From Bacteroidaceae bacterium (GTDB lineage: Bacteria > Bacteroidota > Bacteroidia > Bacteroidales > Bacteroidaceae), in NCBI GenBank assembly GCA_045617485.1, contig JAZLIR010000004.1, forward strand, positions 13,475 to 77,474: a stretch of 64,000 nt of DNA. The letters are read 5' to 3'. Below the pieces are notes generated by a model, which was not told the origin of the DNA, did not search any database, and saw nothing but the letters and a program-made list of their open reading frames with translations. The translations under genes were made by a program, and so were the position numbers. Below are positions 54,238-64,000 of this stretch, piece after piece (the stretch's first letter is position 1; each line of letters starts with the position of its first letter).

Positions 54238-55536
54238 TCAACGTCTTGATGCACTTCCCGAAGCTCCATGCGACGAACCGGAACTTACGCTGCGGCTACC
54301 TCCACCGACCGATGACGAGCTGCGGCTTGACGAACTGCCTGACGACACACTGCGCGAAGGAGTTCCAGAGCTTACGCTGCGACCCGATGAGCTGCCTGAC
54401 GGAGTGACAGATGAACTGCTGCGGGTATTGCTTGAACCTGATACACTGCGGCTCTGGACATTTTCTCCACGGTTGCCTGTGCCGGTGTTTCTGGTGCTGT
54501 TCCCACTTACGCTACGCGAGACATTGCGTGTACCGTTTGAAACATTCCTTGCATCGGTACTGCTTGGGCGGTCATATCCTGCAGACGGCCTGGTTTCGCC
54601 GCGGGTTCCGGTTGAACCGCTTACGCTGCGACTGCCGGTCGAGCTGCTTACATTGCGACTGCCGGTCGAGCTGCTTACGTTGCGACTGCCGGTCGAGCTG
54701 CTTACGTTGCGGGTACCGGTACCGGTTACCGTTCGTCCGCCGCCTGAAGTGCTGACACCGCGTCTTTCCGCACTGTTCCTGGAGGCCACGTTATGGTTTG
54801 AAACATTTCTGGAAGGCTCGCTGAGACGTCTTGAGCCTGACGATACCGAACGGGTGCCATAGGTGTTGCGGCCGCTCAGATTACGGTCCCAGCCACCTCC
54901 GCGACTGCTGTTAACATGCCTGTTCGGAGCAGTTGCGTAATGTCTGTCAACATATATCGGCCGTGAATATGAATAGTAGTAACGATATGGGCGGTAATAC
55001 CATGAATCATAATAGCGATAGCCATAGTAGTACCTGTCATAATACCAGTCATAATAGAACGGATCATAATACCAGTTGTCCCAGTACCATGAGTCATAAT
55101 AATACGGATCCAGAGCAAGCGACAGAGTCAGCCCGCGTCTGTGGAAGCGGGTTATCAGACGGGTTGCATAGAAGTCCTCAACCGCATCGGTATATCCCTC
55201 ATTGTATGCATGGTTGTCATATGATGGCTGTGACTGGTTTTCAAGCATCATGAATACCGTGTCGTGAACATACACAGGGTTGTAATAATCCGTCTCGTCT
55301 TCATAGGAAACGACTGCAGGAGCCGATGTATAGCGTCTATTGTAATTGTCGGCATCAAACGCATCGGCCGTTGATGTCCTTGTTGCAGTTGCAGTCTGGA
55401 CAGGAATTACCTGCTTTACAGTCTGGACAGGAGCTGCAGTCTTGCTGCTCTTGCCGGTAGAATACAAGTCATTTCTCTGTGCACCGGCTGTCACTGTGAC
55501 TGCCAGAAGCGCCAATGTAAATGCTGTCTTTTTCAT
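54238..55536 (-). CDS. secreted protein with an extreme Tyr/Trp/Asp-rich segment (YYDSWYWDNWYYDPFYYDWYYDRYYYGYRYYDSWYYRPYRYYYSY) and a Ser/Arg/Gly/Thr-rich C-terminal half containing 9-aa tandem repeats
   Basis: Signal peptide MKKTAFTLALLAVTVTAGAQ; composition read directly. Confidence 0.6.
   Translation of the reverse strand: MKKTAFTLALLAVTVTAGAQRNDLYSTGKSSKTAAPVQTVKQVIPVQTATATRTSTADAFDADNYNRRYTSAPAVVSYEDETDYYNPVYVHDTVFMMLENQSQPSYDNHAYNEGYTDAVEDFYATRLITRFHRRGLTLSLALDPYYYDSWYWDNWYYDPFYYDWYYDRYYYGYRYYDSWYYRPYRYYYSYSRPIYVDRHYATAPNRHVNSSRGGGWDRNLSGRNTYGTRSVSSGSRRLSEPSRNVSNHNVASRNSAERRGVSTSGGGRTVTGTGTRNVSSSTGSRNVSSSTGSRNVSSSTGSRSVSGSTGTRGETRPSAGYDRPSSTDARNVSNGTRNVSRSVSGNSTRNTGTGNRGENVQSRSVSGSSNTRSSSSVTPSGSSSGRSVSSGTPSRSVSSGSSSSRSSSSVGGGSRSVSSGSSHGASGSASRR
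54604..54720 (-). repeat. in-frame 27-bp tandem repeat (about 3.5 copies of ACTGCCGGTCGAGCTGCTTAC(A/G)TTGCG) encoding (STGSRNVSS)n
   Basis: Period-27 copies start at 54631, 54658 and 54685, with degenerate flanking copies. Confidence 0.7.
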
Positions 55537-55578
55537 AACCGTATGTTTATTTGTGGTTCTTATCCATTGCAAATATAA

Positions 55579-55615
55579 ATTAGGAAATATCCATGCAACA
55601 GGGAAATTTCCTAAT
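55579..55615. promoter_or_regulatory. inverted repeat ATTAGGAAAT-N17-ATTTCCTAAT (third half-site TTTTCCCTAATTTC at 55627) 43-79 nt upstream of the Tyr-rich protein gene
   Basis: Read directly from the sequence. Confidence 0.35.
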
Positions 55616-55649
55616 ATTCATAGGGGTTTTCCCTAATTTCTGCAAAGGT

Positions 55650-55680
55650 AAAAAAATGGGCCGGCCTGATTGGCCAGCCC
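55650..55680 (-). terminator. terminator of pfp: GGGCTGGCC-AATCA-GGCCGGCCC-ATTTTTTT (minus strand)
   Basis: Stem-loop plus T-run 20 nt after the pfp stop. Confidence 0.5.
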
Positions 55681-55699
55681 CTCCTGTCACGTCAGGAAA

Positions 55700-57346
55700 T
55701 TACTTGTGTTCAAGTTTCAGAGTCTTGGTAGGCTGGTCGCATACCTCCGTAGGACCGAAATACTGGATTGGGCCGGGATATACGAATGCAGTCTCAATGG
55801 CCCACTCGTCGCGGTGACTTGCGAACTCCTTGAAGGGAGCGCCGTCAAGTTCAACCAGAGCCTTGCGGATAACCGGCTTCATTTCACCGTTACGCTTCTC
55901 CATGTTCATCATCATGGTAATTGGAATACCGCCGGCTATCCACTGATCGGCAGGAGCCACGGTGTTCTTGATTGATGACATGTAACCGGTCTTTCCGGCG
56001 GCAATCAGCATTGAGGCGTTGAAGCCCAGACTGTAGCAGTAGTCTGCGTCAAAGTTTGAAGGAGCTGCGCAGCGGCCTTCGTATCCGCAGAAATGATGTT
56101 GTGTGGCAAACTTGCCGTTGTACTTGCCTTCTTCCTTCCACTGGGCAAGCTTGGCGCCTACCATATCGGCCAGAAGCTGCTCAGTCTCAATAAGAGATAC
56201 CTGTACGTTTCCGTGCGGGTCACGCTCCAGGGCCAACTGACGGCTTACGCCTTCGGGCAGGCTCTTGAATATCTCGGCATTTGCAGGAGAAAGCTTGCTT
56301 ACAATATACTCAATCTTGCGGCTCATCTTGATAAGATTAAACTCGTTCTGATTTGCAGCCAGGACGTCATTAAGTTCTGAAATGAGCTTCTTGATTGCAG
56401 GAATGAATTCAATCAGGCCCTCAGGAACCAGTACGGTACCGAAGTTCAGGCCCTTTTCAGCACGGGCGGCAACAGCTTTTGCTATGTATGTAACAACATC
56501 GTCAAGAGTCTGGTTCTTTGCCTCTACCTCCTCGCCTATCAGAGTAATGTTAGGCTGTGTCTGCAGTGCGCACTCCAATGTAACGTGGCTTGCTGAACGG
56601 CCCATCAGTTTGATGAAGTGCCAGTACTTGCGGGCAGAGTTGCAGTCGCGCTCAATATTGCCTATGATTTCAGAATATACCTTGGTAGCGGTATCGAAAC
56701 CGAACGAGGTCTCAATCTCGCTGTTCTTCAGGTCACCGTCAATGGTCTTCGGGCAGCCGATAACCTGTACGCCTGCGCCGATTGCCTTGTAATATTCGGC
56801 CAGAACGCATGCGTTGGTGTTCGAGTCGTCGCCGCCAATGATTACCAGAGCCTTGATGTCAAGTTTCTTGAGGATTTCCAGTCCCTTGTCGAACTGTTCC
56901 TTCTTCTCCAGTTTGGTACGGCCTGAACCGATGATGTCAAAACCGCCGGTATTACGGTACTCGTCAATGATGTCGGCAGTAAGTTCCATATAGTTGTGGT
57001 CAACCAGACCGCCGGGGCCGAGGATAAAGCCATAGAGCTTGTTGGCAGGGTTCAGTTTCTTGAGTCCGTCAAACAGACCGGCTATTACATTGTGACCGCC
57101 GGGAGCCTGACCGCCTGAAAGTATTACGCCTGCGTTCAGACTTGCCTTTGCGGTTTCACCTGCAACCGACTCGAAATGCAGGTAAGGCATTCCGTATGTG
57201 TTCGGAAACAGTTTCTTGACTTCGGTCTGGTCAGCAACCGACTGTGTAGGTTCGCCCTCGACAGCCTTCAATGCTCCGCGCAATGCCTTGGGCAGCTTTG
57301 GCTGATAGGCGGCGCGTGCAATCTGCAATGCACTCTTTGTACTCAT
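55700..57346 (-). CDS. pfp: diphosphate--fructose-6-phosphate 1-phosphotransferase (PPi-dependent phosphofructokinase; start moved to [19 protein letters not shown])
   Basis: PPi-PFK N-terminal motif, GGDGS-like and MGR motifs (LIGEEV...GGDDSNTNA), 549 aa. Confidence 0.9.
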   Translation of the reverse strand: MSTKSALQIARAAYQPKLPKALRGALKAVEGEPTQSVADQTEVKKLFPNTYGMPYLHFESVAGETAKASLNAGVILSGGQAPGGHNVIAGLFDGLKKLNPANKLYGFILGPGGLVDHNYMELTADIIDEYRNTGGFDIIGSGRTKLEKKEQFDKGLEILKKLDIKALVIIGGDDSNTNACVLAEYYKAIGAGVQVIGCPKTIDGDLKNSEIETSFGFDTATKVYSEIIGNIERDCNSARKYWHFIKLMGRSASHVTLECALQTQPNITLIGEEVEAKNQTLDDVVTYIAKAVAARAEKGLNFGTVLVPEGLIEFIPAIKKLISELNDVLAANQNEFNLIKMSRKIEYIVSKLSPANAEIFKSLPEGVSRQLALERDPHGNVQVSLIETEQLLADMVGAKLAQWKEEGKYNGKFATQHHFCGYEGRCAAPSNFDADYCYSLGFNASMLIAAGKTGYMSSIKNTVAPADQWIAGGIPITMMMNMEKRNGEMKPVIRKALVELDGAPFKEFASHRDEWAIETAFVYPGPIQYFGPTEVCDQPTKTLKLEHK

Positions 57347-57469
57347 TTTCAATAAAATATTTTTGATATTAATACCTTTCCCAGAATTGTTTTGCAAAAT
57401 TACTCAACTTTGTCAAGAATGCAAACCTCAGAATGGTTACCTTTGAGAAATTTTGCATTTGACACTTGT

Positions 57470-58381
57470 ATGAAGTACTGTTTCATTATCAATAACGGTC
57501 CCGGCAAGACCGACAATGCACCGCAAATAATAGACGAGATAAGCAAACTTGATACTGCAATCGACCATCGCATATACAAAACGACAGCCGTACGGACCGC
57601 AACCGAATTTGTGGCATCGGAATGCCGCAACCATCCGGATAGTGAAATATGCTTCGTTGCCTGCGGCGGTGACGGAACGATAAATGAAGTTGCCACCGGC
57701 ATGATGCGTGGAGGTGCAGGCAACAAGCATCTGGCAGTACTTGCATACGGAAGCGGCAATGATTTCATAAAATACTATCCCGGGCTCGATTTCAGGAGCA
57801 TAAGCAGACTTGTAAAGGGGACAGCGCACAGAATAGACATAATGAGAGTCAACGGAAATGCATATTCAATCAACGTATGTAATTACGGATTTGACTCGGC
57901 AGTATGTTCAAAAGCCAATGAACTGACACGCAGGAACCGCCGCAACGTTTACCGCTGGGGAGTGGCACATGCCATCATGTTCGCCCGTTTCAACCGGATA
58001 GAAACCATAGTCGGCGGCGAGACAATCAACAAAGGTCACCGCATGCTGCTGTGTACATTGGGCAACAACAATCATGTGGGAGGCGAATTCTGTTGCTCGC
58101 CAAAGGCCAAGAATGATGACGGACTGATAGAAGTGGGATTTGCAAAATGCACCTCACTTCTGGGTTTTCTGAGTCTTATGGGAAGTTACAGGAAAGGCAC
58201 CCACCTGGACAAGCCCAGGGCAAGAAGACATTTCATCTACCGTCAGGCGAAAACGGTTGAGGTTCACAGCCGCAAGCCGATTGAGTTGTGCCTTGACGGT
58301 GAAATGCTGCCAGGTCGGGATTTCAAGATTGAAATGATTCCCGGTGCAATAAGTTTCATTATTCCGTCAGACAGAAATTAA
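57470..58381 (+). CDS. diacylglycerol-kinase-family lipid kinase (YegS/BmrU-like; start moved to MKYCFIINNG)
   Basis: DAGK catalytic-domain motif ACGGDGTINEV. Confidence 0.8.
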   Translation: MKYCFIINNGPGKTDNAPQIIDEISKLDTAIDHRIYKTTAVRTATEFVASECRNHPDSEICFVACGGDGTINEVATGMMRGGAGNKHLAVLAYGSGNDFIKYYPGLDFRSISRLVKGTAHRIDIMRVNGNAYSINVCNYGFDSAVCSKANELTRRNRRNVYRWGVAHAIMFARFNRIETIVGGETINKGHRMLLCTLGNNNHVGGEFCCSPKAKNDDGLIEVGFAKCTSLLGFLSLMGSYRKGTHLDKPRARRHFIYRQAKTVEVHSRKPIELCLDGEMLPGRDFKIEMIPGAISFIIPSDRN

Positions 58382-59643
58382 AGGCTGCCGTTCTCGGCAT
58401 ATTCAAGCAGACGGCCGCTTATCTGAAGCAGTGATATCTCGCTTACCTTAGTGTTGTACAGGGCCTGCAGAAGACTTTCCTCGGCACTCAGATAGGAGTT
58501 CTGTGCCTCGCGCATTTCAAGACCGGAAAGGTCACCCAGCATGTAGCGTTCCTGGGCCATCTCCATGGTCTCGCGCGCTGTTTCAAGATTGAACCGCTGC
58601 AGCTCGGTAAGTTTCAGGTTACTCTGATATGACTGCCACAGCTCCCCAAGTTCCGACCTCAGTTCCAGTTCAAGCTGACTGCATTCTATTTCGGCGCTGA
58701 GCACATCGAGTCTGGCATTACGCTCCTGGGTTCTCTGTTTTCCGGTAATCAGGTTCAGGCCCACGGTTGCGCCAAGCGAGGGAGTCCAGTCCGTCACGGT
58801 CTTGTCCGGTTCAATGCGGTCTGTCACCCCATACGATGCGTTCAGCTTCAGATACGGATAGTTTCTGGACTGGACAAGCCTGCGGTCCTTCTCGGCCAGA
58901 TTCAATGAACTTTCAGCTTTCAGAATTGAGGCGTTCACCTCAAGCATATCGACCAGCAACGAATCGTAGTCAAGATTTCCGTTTATGGATATTTCGCTTT
59001 CGGCGGTACTTATCTCACGCATGAAGTCCTGATTGGACATAAGCCTGTTCAGGACAATGCGGGCTGAAAGCAATGCCTCCTGCTGTTTGAGGCAGCTGGC
59101 GCTGTCCGAGTTGAAATACACCCTGGCCTGCTGGACCTCAAGACGCGAGTTGCCGCCCATGTCGTAGCGTTCGCTGGCCACTCTGAGACGCTCGCGTGAA
59201 ATGTCCAGTCCGTGTTCCAGATTTCTGAGCTTGATGGTCTGCCTTAGAAGGTCATAATATTCCTGCGACAGCGATGCCACATAATCCTCTATGGTTATTC
59301 TTGTCTGGATGCTTCCCTGACGATGCAGTTCCTCCAGACGGCCGCGTGTTGCCTGTATGCCCAGTCCGTCAAATACGGTCCAGTCGGCACGCGCCTGGGC
59401 TCCGAGACTGTGGGTTTCAAGGTCGGTAGTCGAATATGTCCCGGTAAGGCTCAGTGTAGGCAGGGCGCCGGCATTTGACCAGGAGTCATTATTGGCCGAC
59501 TTTTCCTCGCTGGCCCTGACAAGCTTTATCCTGTAGCTGTTTTCCAGACCTTCGGACATGCAGTCTGCAAGAGTCATGGTCTGCGCCTGGACAAGAGACG
59601 GCAGAACAGCAGACAGCATCAGCAATATGGAGAATCTTTTCAT
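58378..59643 (-). CDS. TolC-family outer-membrane efflux protein
   Basis: Signal peptide and two TolC repeats; last gene of the efflux operon, overlapping the RND stop. Confidence 0.88.
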   Translation of the reverse strand: MKRFSILLMLSAVLPSLVQAQTMTLADCMSEGLENSYRIKLVRASEEKSANNDSWSNAGALPTLSLTGTYSTTDLETHSLGAQARADWTVFDGLGIQATRGRLEELHRQGSIQTRITIEDYVASLSQEYYDLLRQTIKLRNLEHGLDISRERLRVASERYDMGGNSRLEVQQARVYFNSDSASCLKQQEALLSARIVLNRLMSNQDFMREISTAESEISINGNLDYDSLLVDMLEVNASILKAESSLNLAEKDRRLVQSRNYPYLKLNASYGVTDRIEPDKTVTDWTPSLGATVGLNLITGKQRTQERNARLDVLSAEIECSQLELELRSELGELWQSYQSNLKLTELQRFNLETARETMEMAQERYMLGDLSGLEMREAQNSYLSAEESLLQALYNTKVSEISLLQISGRLLEYAENGSL

Positions 59644-62600
59644 TCTTCTTTCTTCTTTTTGTTTGAGCTTGAAATCATTGTGTAGATTGGAGGCACAATG
59701 TACATGGTGAAGAACGTTGATATGAGCATGCCGCCTACAACGGCCGTTCCCATGGCAACACGTCCGGCACTGCCCTCGCCGTGAGCGAACATCAGAGGCA
59801 GAAGACCGAGTATAGTAGAGATGCTGGTCATAAGGATAGGACGCAGGCGCTGCTTGGCAGCCTCCCTTATGGCCTCGTGCATAACAAGTCCGTTCTCCAT
59901 CTTGTGGTTGGCGAACTCAACAATAAGAATACCGTTCTTTGCCACAAGTCCTATGAGCATTATAATACCAATCTCACTGAATATGTTCATTGACTGTCCT
60001 CCGGCACGCATGAACACAAGAGCTCCGAATACGGCCAGCGGAACTGTGAGAAGCACTACAAGAGGATCCTTGAAGCTCTCGAACTGCGCGGAGAGAATAA
60101 GGTATATGAGCAGCAGTGCCAGTCCGAATGCGAACAGCAGGCTGTTGGAGCTTTCGCGGAAGTCCTTGGACTCACCGCTCAGGGCGGTTCTGAACGTGTC
60201 GTCAAGAGTTTCCTTTGCTATCTTGTCCATCTCGTCAAGAGCCTGGCCCAGGGTGTAGCCGTTTCCGAGACCGGCCGATATGGTGGCCGACACGAATCTA
60301 TTGTAACGGTACAGCTTGGGTGGAGCTATGTTCTCTTCCAGATCAACGAGGTTCTCCATCTGTATCATGTCGCCGCCGCTGCTGCGCATGTAGATTGACT
60401 TGAGGCTCTGTGTAGTATTACGCTGCTGACGGTTTATTTCGCCCACAATGTCGTACTGTTTGCCGTTCATGTACATGTAGCCCATTCGGGTGCCGCTCAG
60501 TCCGTACTGGAGTGTCTGGGCAATGTCACGCGTGCTTACACCCATGATGTTTGCCTTCTCCCTGTTTATGGAAATGCGCACTTCGGGCTTTGAGAACTTG
60601 AGGTTGGCATCGGCCATCTGGAATGCAGGATTCTCGTTGACCTTTCTCAGGAATTCGGGCAGGACATCCTGCAGTTTCTCAATGTTCTGTGCCTGCAGCA
60701 CATAGCTGACCGGCATACCGCCGCGACCGCCCGAGAACGAGGACTGCTGCTGGACAAACGAACGGGCATCGTTTTCCTTTCTTACAGCCGCCGACAGTCT
60801 TTCGGCCACCTCCATCTGTGAATAGCTGCGGTCTGCAATATCCCTCAGTGTAATCTGCACATTGCCGCCGCCGTTCGACACGCGGGCCGTAACGAACTTG
60901 GCATCGGGCATTATGGAATCAATCACATCGTTTATACGTTCGGTGTAGTCACGCATGTACTCGTACGTCACACCCTCGGGGCCCTGGGTGCGCACCGTCA
61001 CCTGAGAGCGGTCCTCGAGTGGTGCCATTTCGGCAGGCGTTGACTTCCACATGAGTACCGATGCGGTAAAGCAGGCAGCCATGACGGCAAGGGCAACGTA
61101 CTTGTGGTCCAGCACCCAGTCAAGACTTTTGCCATAAACACGGTTCATGCCCTCAAAGAACGGCTCGGTCTTTTCATACAGCCAGTTCTTGCGGTCCTGC
61201 TTTCTGAGCAGCTTTGTTGAAAGCATTGGAGTGAATGTCAGAGCCGCGTATGTTGAAATGACAATGGCGCCCACTATCACAAAGGCAAATTCACGGAACA
61301 GGCGGCCGGTCTGTCCTTCCATGAACACAATGGGAACGAACACGCAGAGCAGAGTGACCGATGTTGACACTACAACCGATATCATCTCCTTGGAGCCGCG
61401 TATGCCGGCCTCGAACGGAGTCATGCCCTGCTCCATACGGTGATATATGTTCTCGGTCATTACAATGGCGTCATCGACCACAAGACCAACCGACAGGACG
61501 ACCGCCAGCATTGAAAGCACGTTGAGGCTGAAGCCCAGTATGTACATGACGAAGAACGAGCCGATAATGGATACCGGAATGACAAGACACGGTATCAGCG
61601 TGACACGCCAGTCCCTGAGGAACAGGAAGATTATGAGTATTACAAGAATGAATGCTTCCACAAGAGTGCTCTTGACCTCGCCTATGCTGGCACGTATGAA
61701 ACGGGTGTTGTCAAAGCCGTACTGGTATTCAACGTCGTCGGGAAGGTCCTTCTGCATGAGTTCCATACGCTCATACACGGCGTTGGCAATGTCAATGTGG
61801 TTTGCACCCGGCTGCGGAGTGACAACAACGCCCACCATGGGCACTCCGTTCATCTTCATGTATGACTTGATGTCACGCGGGCTGAGCTCGGCCTGTCCTA
61901 TGTCGCTGAAACGTATTATGCGGTTGCCGTCATGCCTTATCACAATGTCGTTGAACTCCTTGGTGGTGTGCATCTGCCCCAGCGTTCTGATTTCAAGTTC
62001 GGTGGTGTTGCCCTCAATGGTACCTGACGGCAGCTCCACATTCTCGCGGTCAAGGGCATTCTTCACGTCCATGGGGGTGATGCCGTAACCGGACATGCGC
62101 ACCGGGTCAAGCCACAGGCGCATGCAGTATTTCTTCTCGCCCCAGATTGACACGGAGCTTACGTCCTGAATGGTCTGCAGCTGCTCCTTAACTACAAGGT
62201 CGGCCAGTTCGCTCAGTTCAAGCAGCGAACGCTTGTCACTGCTCAGAGCCACCATGAGAATCGGGGTGGCATCGGCATCGGCCTTCGATACGGTTGGAGG
62301 GTCACAGTCACGCGGCAGCAGACGCTGTGCGCGCGACACCTTGTCACGTACGTCGTTTGCAGCAGTTTCAAGGTCAACGGACAGTTCGAACTCAACCGTT
62401 ATGCGGCTGCTTCCGTACTGGCTGACCGATGACAGCGAGCGTATGCCCGGAATACCGTTGATCTGCTGTTCAAGCGGTTCGGTTATCTGGTTTTCAATGA
62501 CCTCGGCATTGGCACCGGGGTACGATGCCGAGACTGAAATTATTGGATTGTCAACCGACGGATACTCTCTGACGCCAAGGCTGGTATAGCCCACAGCACC

Positions 62601-62672
62601 GAACAGAATAATTATAAGTACAATTACTACTGTAAGTACAGGGCGCCTGATGCTTGTTTCTGAAATATTCAT
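59640..62672 (-). CDS. efflux RND transporter permease (AcrB/HAE1 family)
   Basis: 1010 aa with 12-TM AcrB architecture. Confidence 0.93.
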   Translation of the reverse strand: MNISETSIRRPVLTVVIVLIIILFGAVGYTSLGVREYPSVDNPIISVSASYPGANAEVIENQITEPLEQQINGIPGIRSLSSVSQYGSSRITVEFELSVDLETAANDVRDKVSRAQRLLPRDCDPPTVSKADADATPILMVALSSDKRSLLELSELADLVVKEQLQTIQDVSSVSIWGEKKYCMRLWLDPVRMSGYGITPMDVKNALDRENVELPSGTIEGNTTELEIRTLGQMHTTKEFNDIVIRHDGNRIIRFSDIGQAELSPRDIKSYMKMNGVPMVGVVVTPQPGANHIDIANAVYERMELMQKDLPDDVEYQYGFDNTRFIRASIGEVKSTLVEAFILVILIIFLFLRDWRVTLIPCLVIPVSIIGSFFVMYILGFSLNVLSMLAVVLSVGLVVDDAIVMTENIYHRMEQGMTPFEAGIRGSKEMISVVVSTSVTLLCVFVPIVFMEGQTGRLFREFAFVIVGAIVISTYAALTFTPMLSTKLLRKQDRKNWLYEKTEPFFEGMNRVYGKSLDWVLDHKYVALAVMAACFTASVLMWKSTPAEMAPLEDRSQVTVRTQGPEGVTYEYMRDYTERINDVIDSIMPDAKFVTARVSNGGGNVQITLRDIADRSYSQMEVAERLSAAVRKENDARSFVQQQSSFSGGRGGMPVSYVLQAQNIEKLQDVLPEFLRKVNENPAFQMADANLKFSKPEVRISINREKANIMGVSTRDIAQTLQYGLSGTRMGYMYMNGKQYDIVGEINRQQRNTTQSLKSIYMRSSGGDMIQMENLVDLEENIAPPKLYRYNRFVSATISAGLGNGYTLGQALDEMDKIAKETLDDTFRTALSGESKDFRESSNSLLFAFGLALLLIYLILSAQFESFKDPLVVLLTVPLAVFGALVFMRAGGQSMNIFSEIGIIMLIGLVAKNGILIVEFANHKMENGLVMHEAIREAAKQRLRPILMTSISTILGLLPLMFAHGEGSAGRVAMGTAVVGGMLISTFFTMYIVPPIYTMISSSNKKKKEE

Positions 62673-62682
62673 GCCCGGACGC

Positions 62683-63753
62683 TTATTTCAGTTCCACTTT
62701 CATACCCGTGCGCAGCTGCATGGTGCCGCTGGTAATCACGGTATCGCCTACGTTCAGGCCGCTGAGCACCTGAACCTGCGCATCGGTACGCAGTCCCTTG
62801 GTGATTTCCTGCGGAACGGCCCTGCCGCCCCTGTACAGGAACACCTTGTCTATGCCCATCTCGGAAACTATGGCCTCGCTTGGAACAGCCAGAGCATTGT
62901 GGAACACGCGGGTGTTCAGGCTTACACTTACATATCGGCCGGGAACAAGACGGCCTTTTGAGTTGTCATATATGGCACGCACCTGATATGTGCGCGTTCC
63001 CTGATCGACCTTGGAGTTGGTGGCATACACCTTGGCGGAATACACCTCATCGGCTCCCTCGACAGTGAAAGTCAGGTCCGCCCCATTCTGCAGAATGCCG
63101 GCATACCTTTCAGGAACCGCAAACTCCACCTTAAGTTTCTGGACATTTGTCAGTGTGGCCACGCTGGTGCTGGGCGATGCGTATGCGCCCACGCTGACCT
63201 GACGCAGACCTATGATTCCGTCAAACGGAGCCTTGAGTTCGGTCTGGTCAAGCTTTGCCCTGACTTCCTCAATATCGGCCTGCAGCTTGTCAAATGTTGC
63301 CTGTGCATCCTGATACGCCTCCTTGCTGACGGCTTCCTTCTCGAACAGAGCCTTCTGGCGGTCAAGACGGTCAAGAGTCGGCTGGTACTGCGCTTCCAGT
63401 TTCTTCAGCTGTGCCTGCAGCGGCGCGTCGTTGATTTTGGCAAGCACCTGTCCCTTTCTGACCGATGTGCCTTCCTCAAAATAGATACCGGTTATTTTGC
63501 CCGATGTCTCAAAGGACAGATCGACCTCCTCGTTAGGAATCAGGCTTCCGCTTATGTTGATTCCGTCAACCAGTTCGGACGGTTCCATAACGGCATAGCG
63601 CACATACAGCGTAGAGCCGCCTCGTCCGGGAGCGCCGGGCACCGGCCCTGCAGGTATGTCAGAGTTGCTTTTAGGTTTGAAACGGTAGATTCCGAGAATT
63701 GCCAGTCCCGCAATGACAATGGCAACAATTATCCATTTTGTAGTCTTGGTCAT
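62683..63753 (-). CDS. efflux RND transporter periplasmic adaptor (membrane fusion protein)
   Basis: N-terminal anchor, coiled-coil hairpin, beta-barrel domain; operon with RND and TolC. Confidence 0.88.
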   Translation of the reverse strand: MTKTTKWIIVAIVIAGLAILGIYRFKPKSNSDIPAGPVPGAPGRGGSTLYVRYAVMEPSELVDGINISGSLIPNEEVDLSFETSGKITGIYFEEGTSVRKGQVLAKINDAPLQAQLKKLEAQYQPTLDRLDRQKALFEKEAVSKEAYQDAQATFDKLQADIEEVRAKLDQTELKAPFDGIIGLRQVSVGAYASPSTSVATLTNVQKLKVEFAVPERYAGILQNGADLTFTVEGADEVYSAKVYATNSKVDQGTRTYQVRAIYDNSKGRLVPGRYVSVSLNTRVFHNALAVPSEAIVSEMGIDKVFLYRGGRAVPQEITKGLRTDAQVQVLSGLNVGDTVITSGTMQLRTGMKVELK

Positions 63754-63783
63754 AATCAGGTAAAAAGTGTCCGCGCAAAATTA

Positions 63784-63821
63784 GCAAAAAATGAAGGGCG
63801 GCCAAACGACCGCCCTTCATT
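63784..63821 (-). terminator. terminator AATGAAGGGCGG-TCGTTTGG-CCGCCCTTCATT-TTTTTGCTAATTTT (minus strand) for the gene that runs off the right edge
   Basis: 12-bp perfect stem plus T-run. Confidence 0.55.
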
Positions 63822-63837
63822 AACTTGATTTAAGGGA

Positions 63838-64000
63838 TTAAATCATATTCTGCTTTCTGAGATTGTCTTCGACTTCCTGCTCGCTCATTGCATAGTTGAC
63901 CAGATTTCCGCTCAGAAACTGGTTGTATGCTGTCATATCCATGAGTCCGTGACCTGTCAGATTGAACAGGAGCACTTTCTTCTGACCGGTCTGAGCGCAC
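63838..64000 (-). CDS. C-terminal fragment of a PLP-dependent TrpB-like enzyme (...LLFNLTGHGLMDMTAYNQFLSGNL...), partial
   Basis: Manual translation of the minus strand to the TAA at 63838-63840. Weak resemblance to the TrpB2-type C-terminus. Confidence 0.3.
   Translation of the reverse strand, partial: CAQTGQKKVLLFNLTGHGLMDMTAYNQFLSGNLVNYAMSEQEVEDNLRKQNMI

Noticed and set aside
54404-54862. 152-aa and 114-aa plus-strand ORFs with LTLRLPVELLTLR repeats
   Set aside because: Antisense reading of the 27-bp tandem repeat inside the Ser/Arg-rich protein gene. The minus-strand gene has a signal peptide and continuous frame.

Overview
64 kb chromosomal segment from a Bacteroidota (Bacteroidales-type) genome, about 50% GC, with no Shine-Dalgarno-dependent gene starts and TAnnTTTG-type promoter boxes. 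Most of it is core housekeeping and glycan-utilisation genes, densely packed and mostly on the minus strand. Recognised genes include RuvC, a GH97 alpha-glucosidase, PgeF, PepD, OmpH, an alpha-glucan phosphorylase plus GT3 glycogen synthase pair, a complete V-type ATPase operon (E, DUF2764, A, B, D, I, K), a GH10 xylanase with an AraC regulator, a CobW GTPase, a QueH/5-formyl-THF cyclo-ligase fusion, a PA14-containing GH3 beta-glucosidase, a sigma/membrane-protein/NfeD/flotillin operon, Crp/Fnr, dCMP deaminase, CtpA, RecF, tRNA-Tyr, YgiQ, PPi-PFK and a TolC/RND/MFP efflux operon. Two tRNAs were found (Ala-GGC, Tyr-GTA). The accessory-looking parts are: (i) the left edge, where an Abi_2 (AbiD/AbiF-like) abortive-infection gene with a homopolymer frameshift at its start follows a 125-aa unknown ORF next to tRNA-Ala; (ii) a 1.3 kb non-coding gap (30013-31310) containing a candidate cryptic small transcription unit (TACCTTTG promoter box, perfect 22-bp leader hairpin, 87-aa ORF, bidirectional terminator) and an array of five TCCCTATC sites; and (iii) several very unusual low-complexity secreted proteins (Gly/Met-rich, Tyr/Trp-rich with an in-frame 27-bp VNTR). 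No CRISPR array, transposase, integrase or rRNA was seen.
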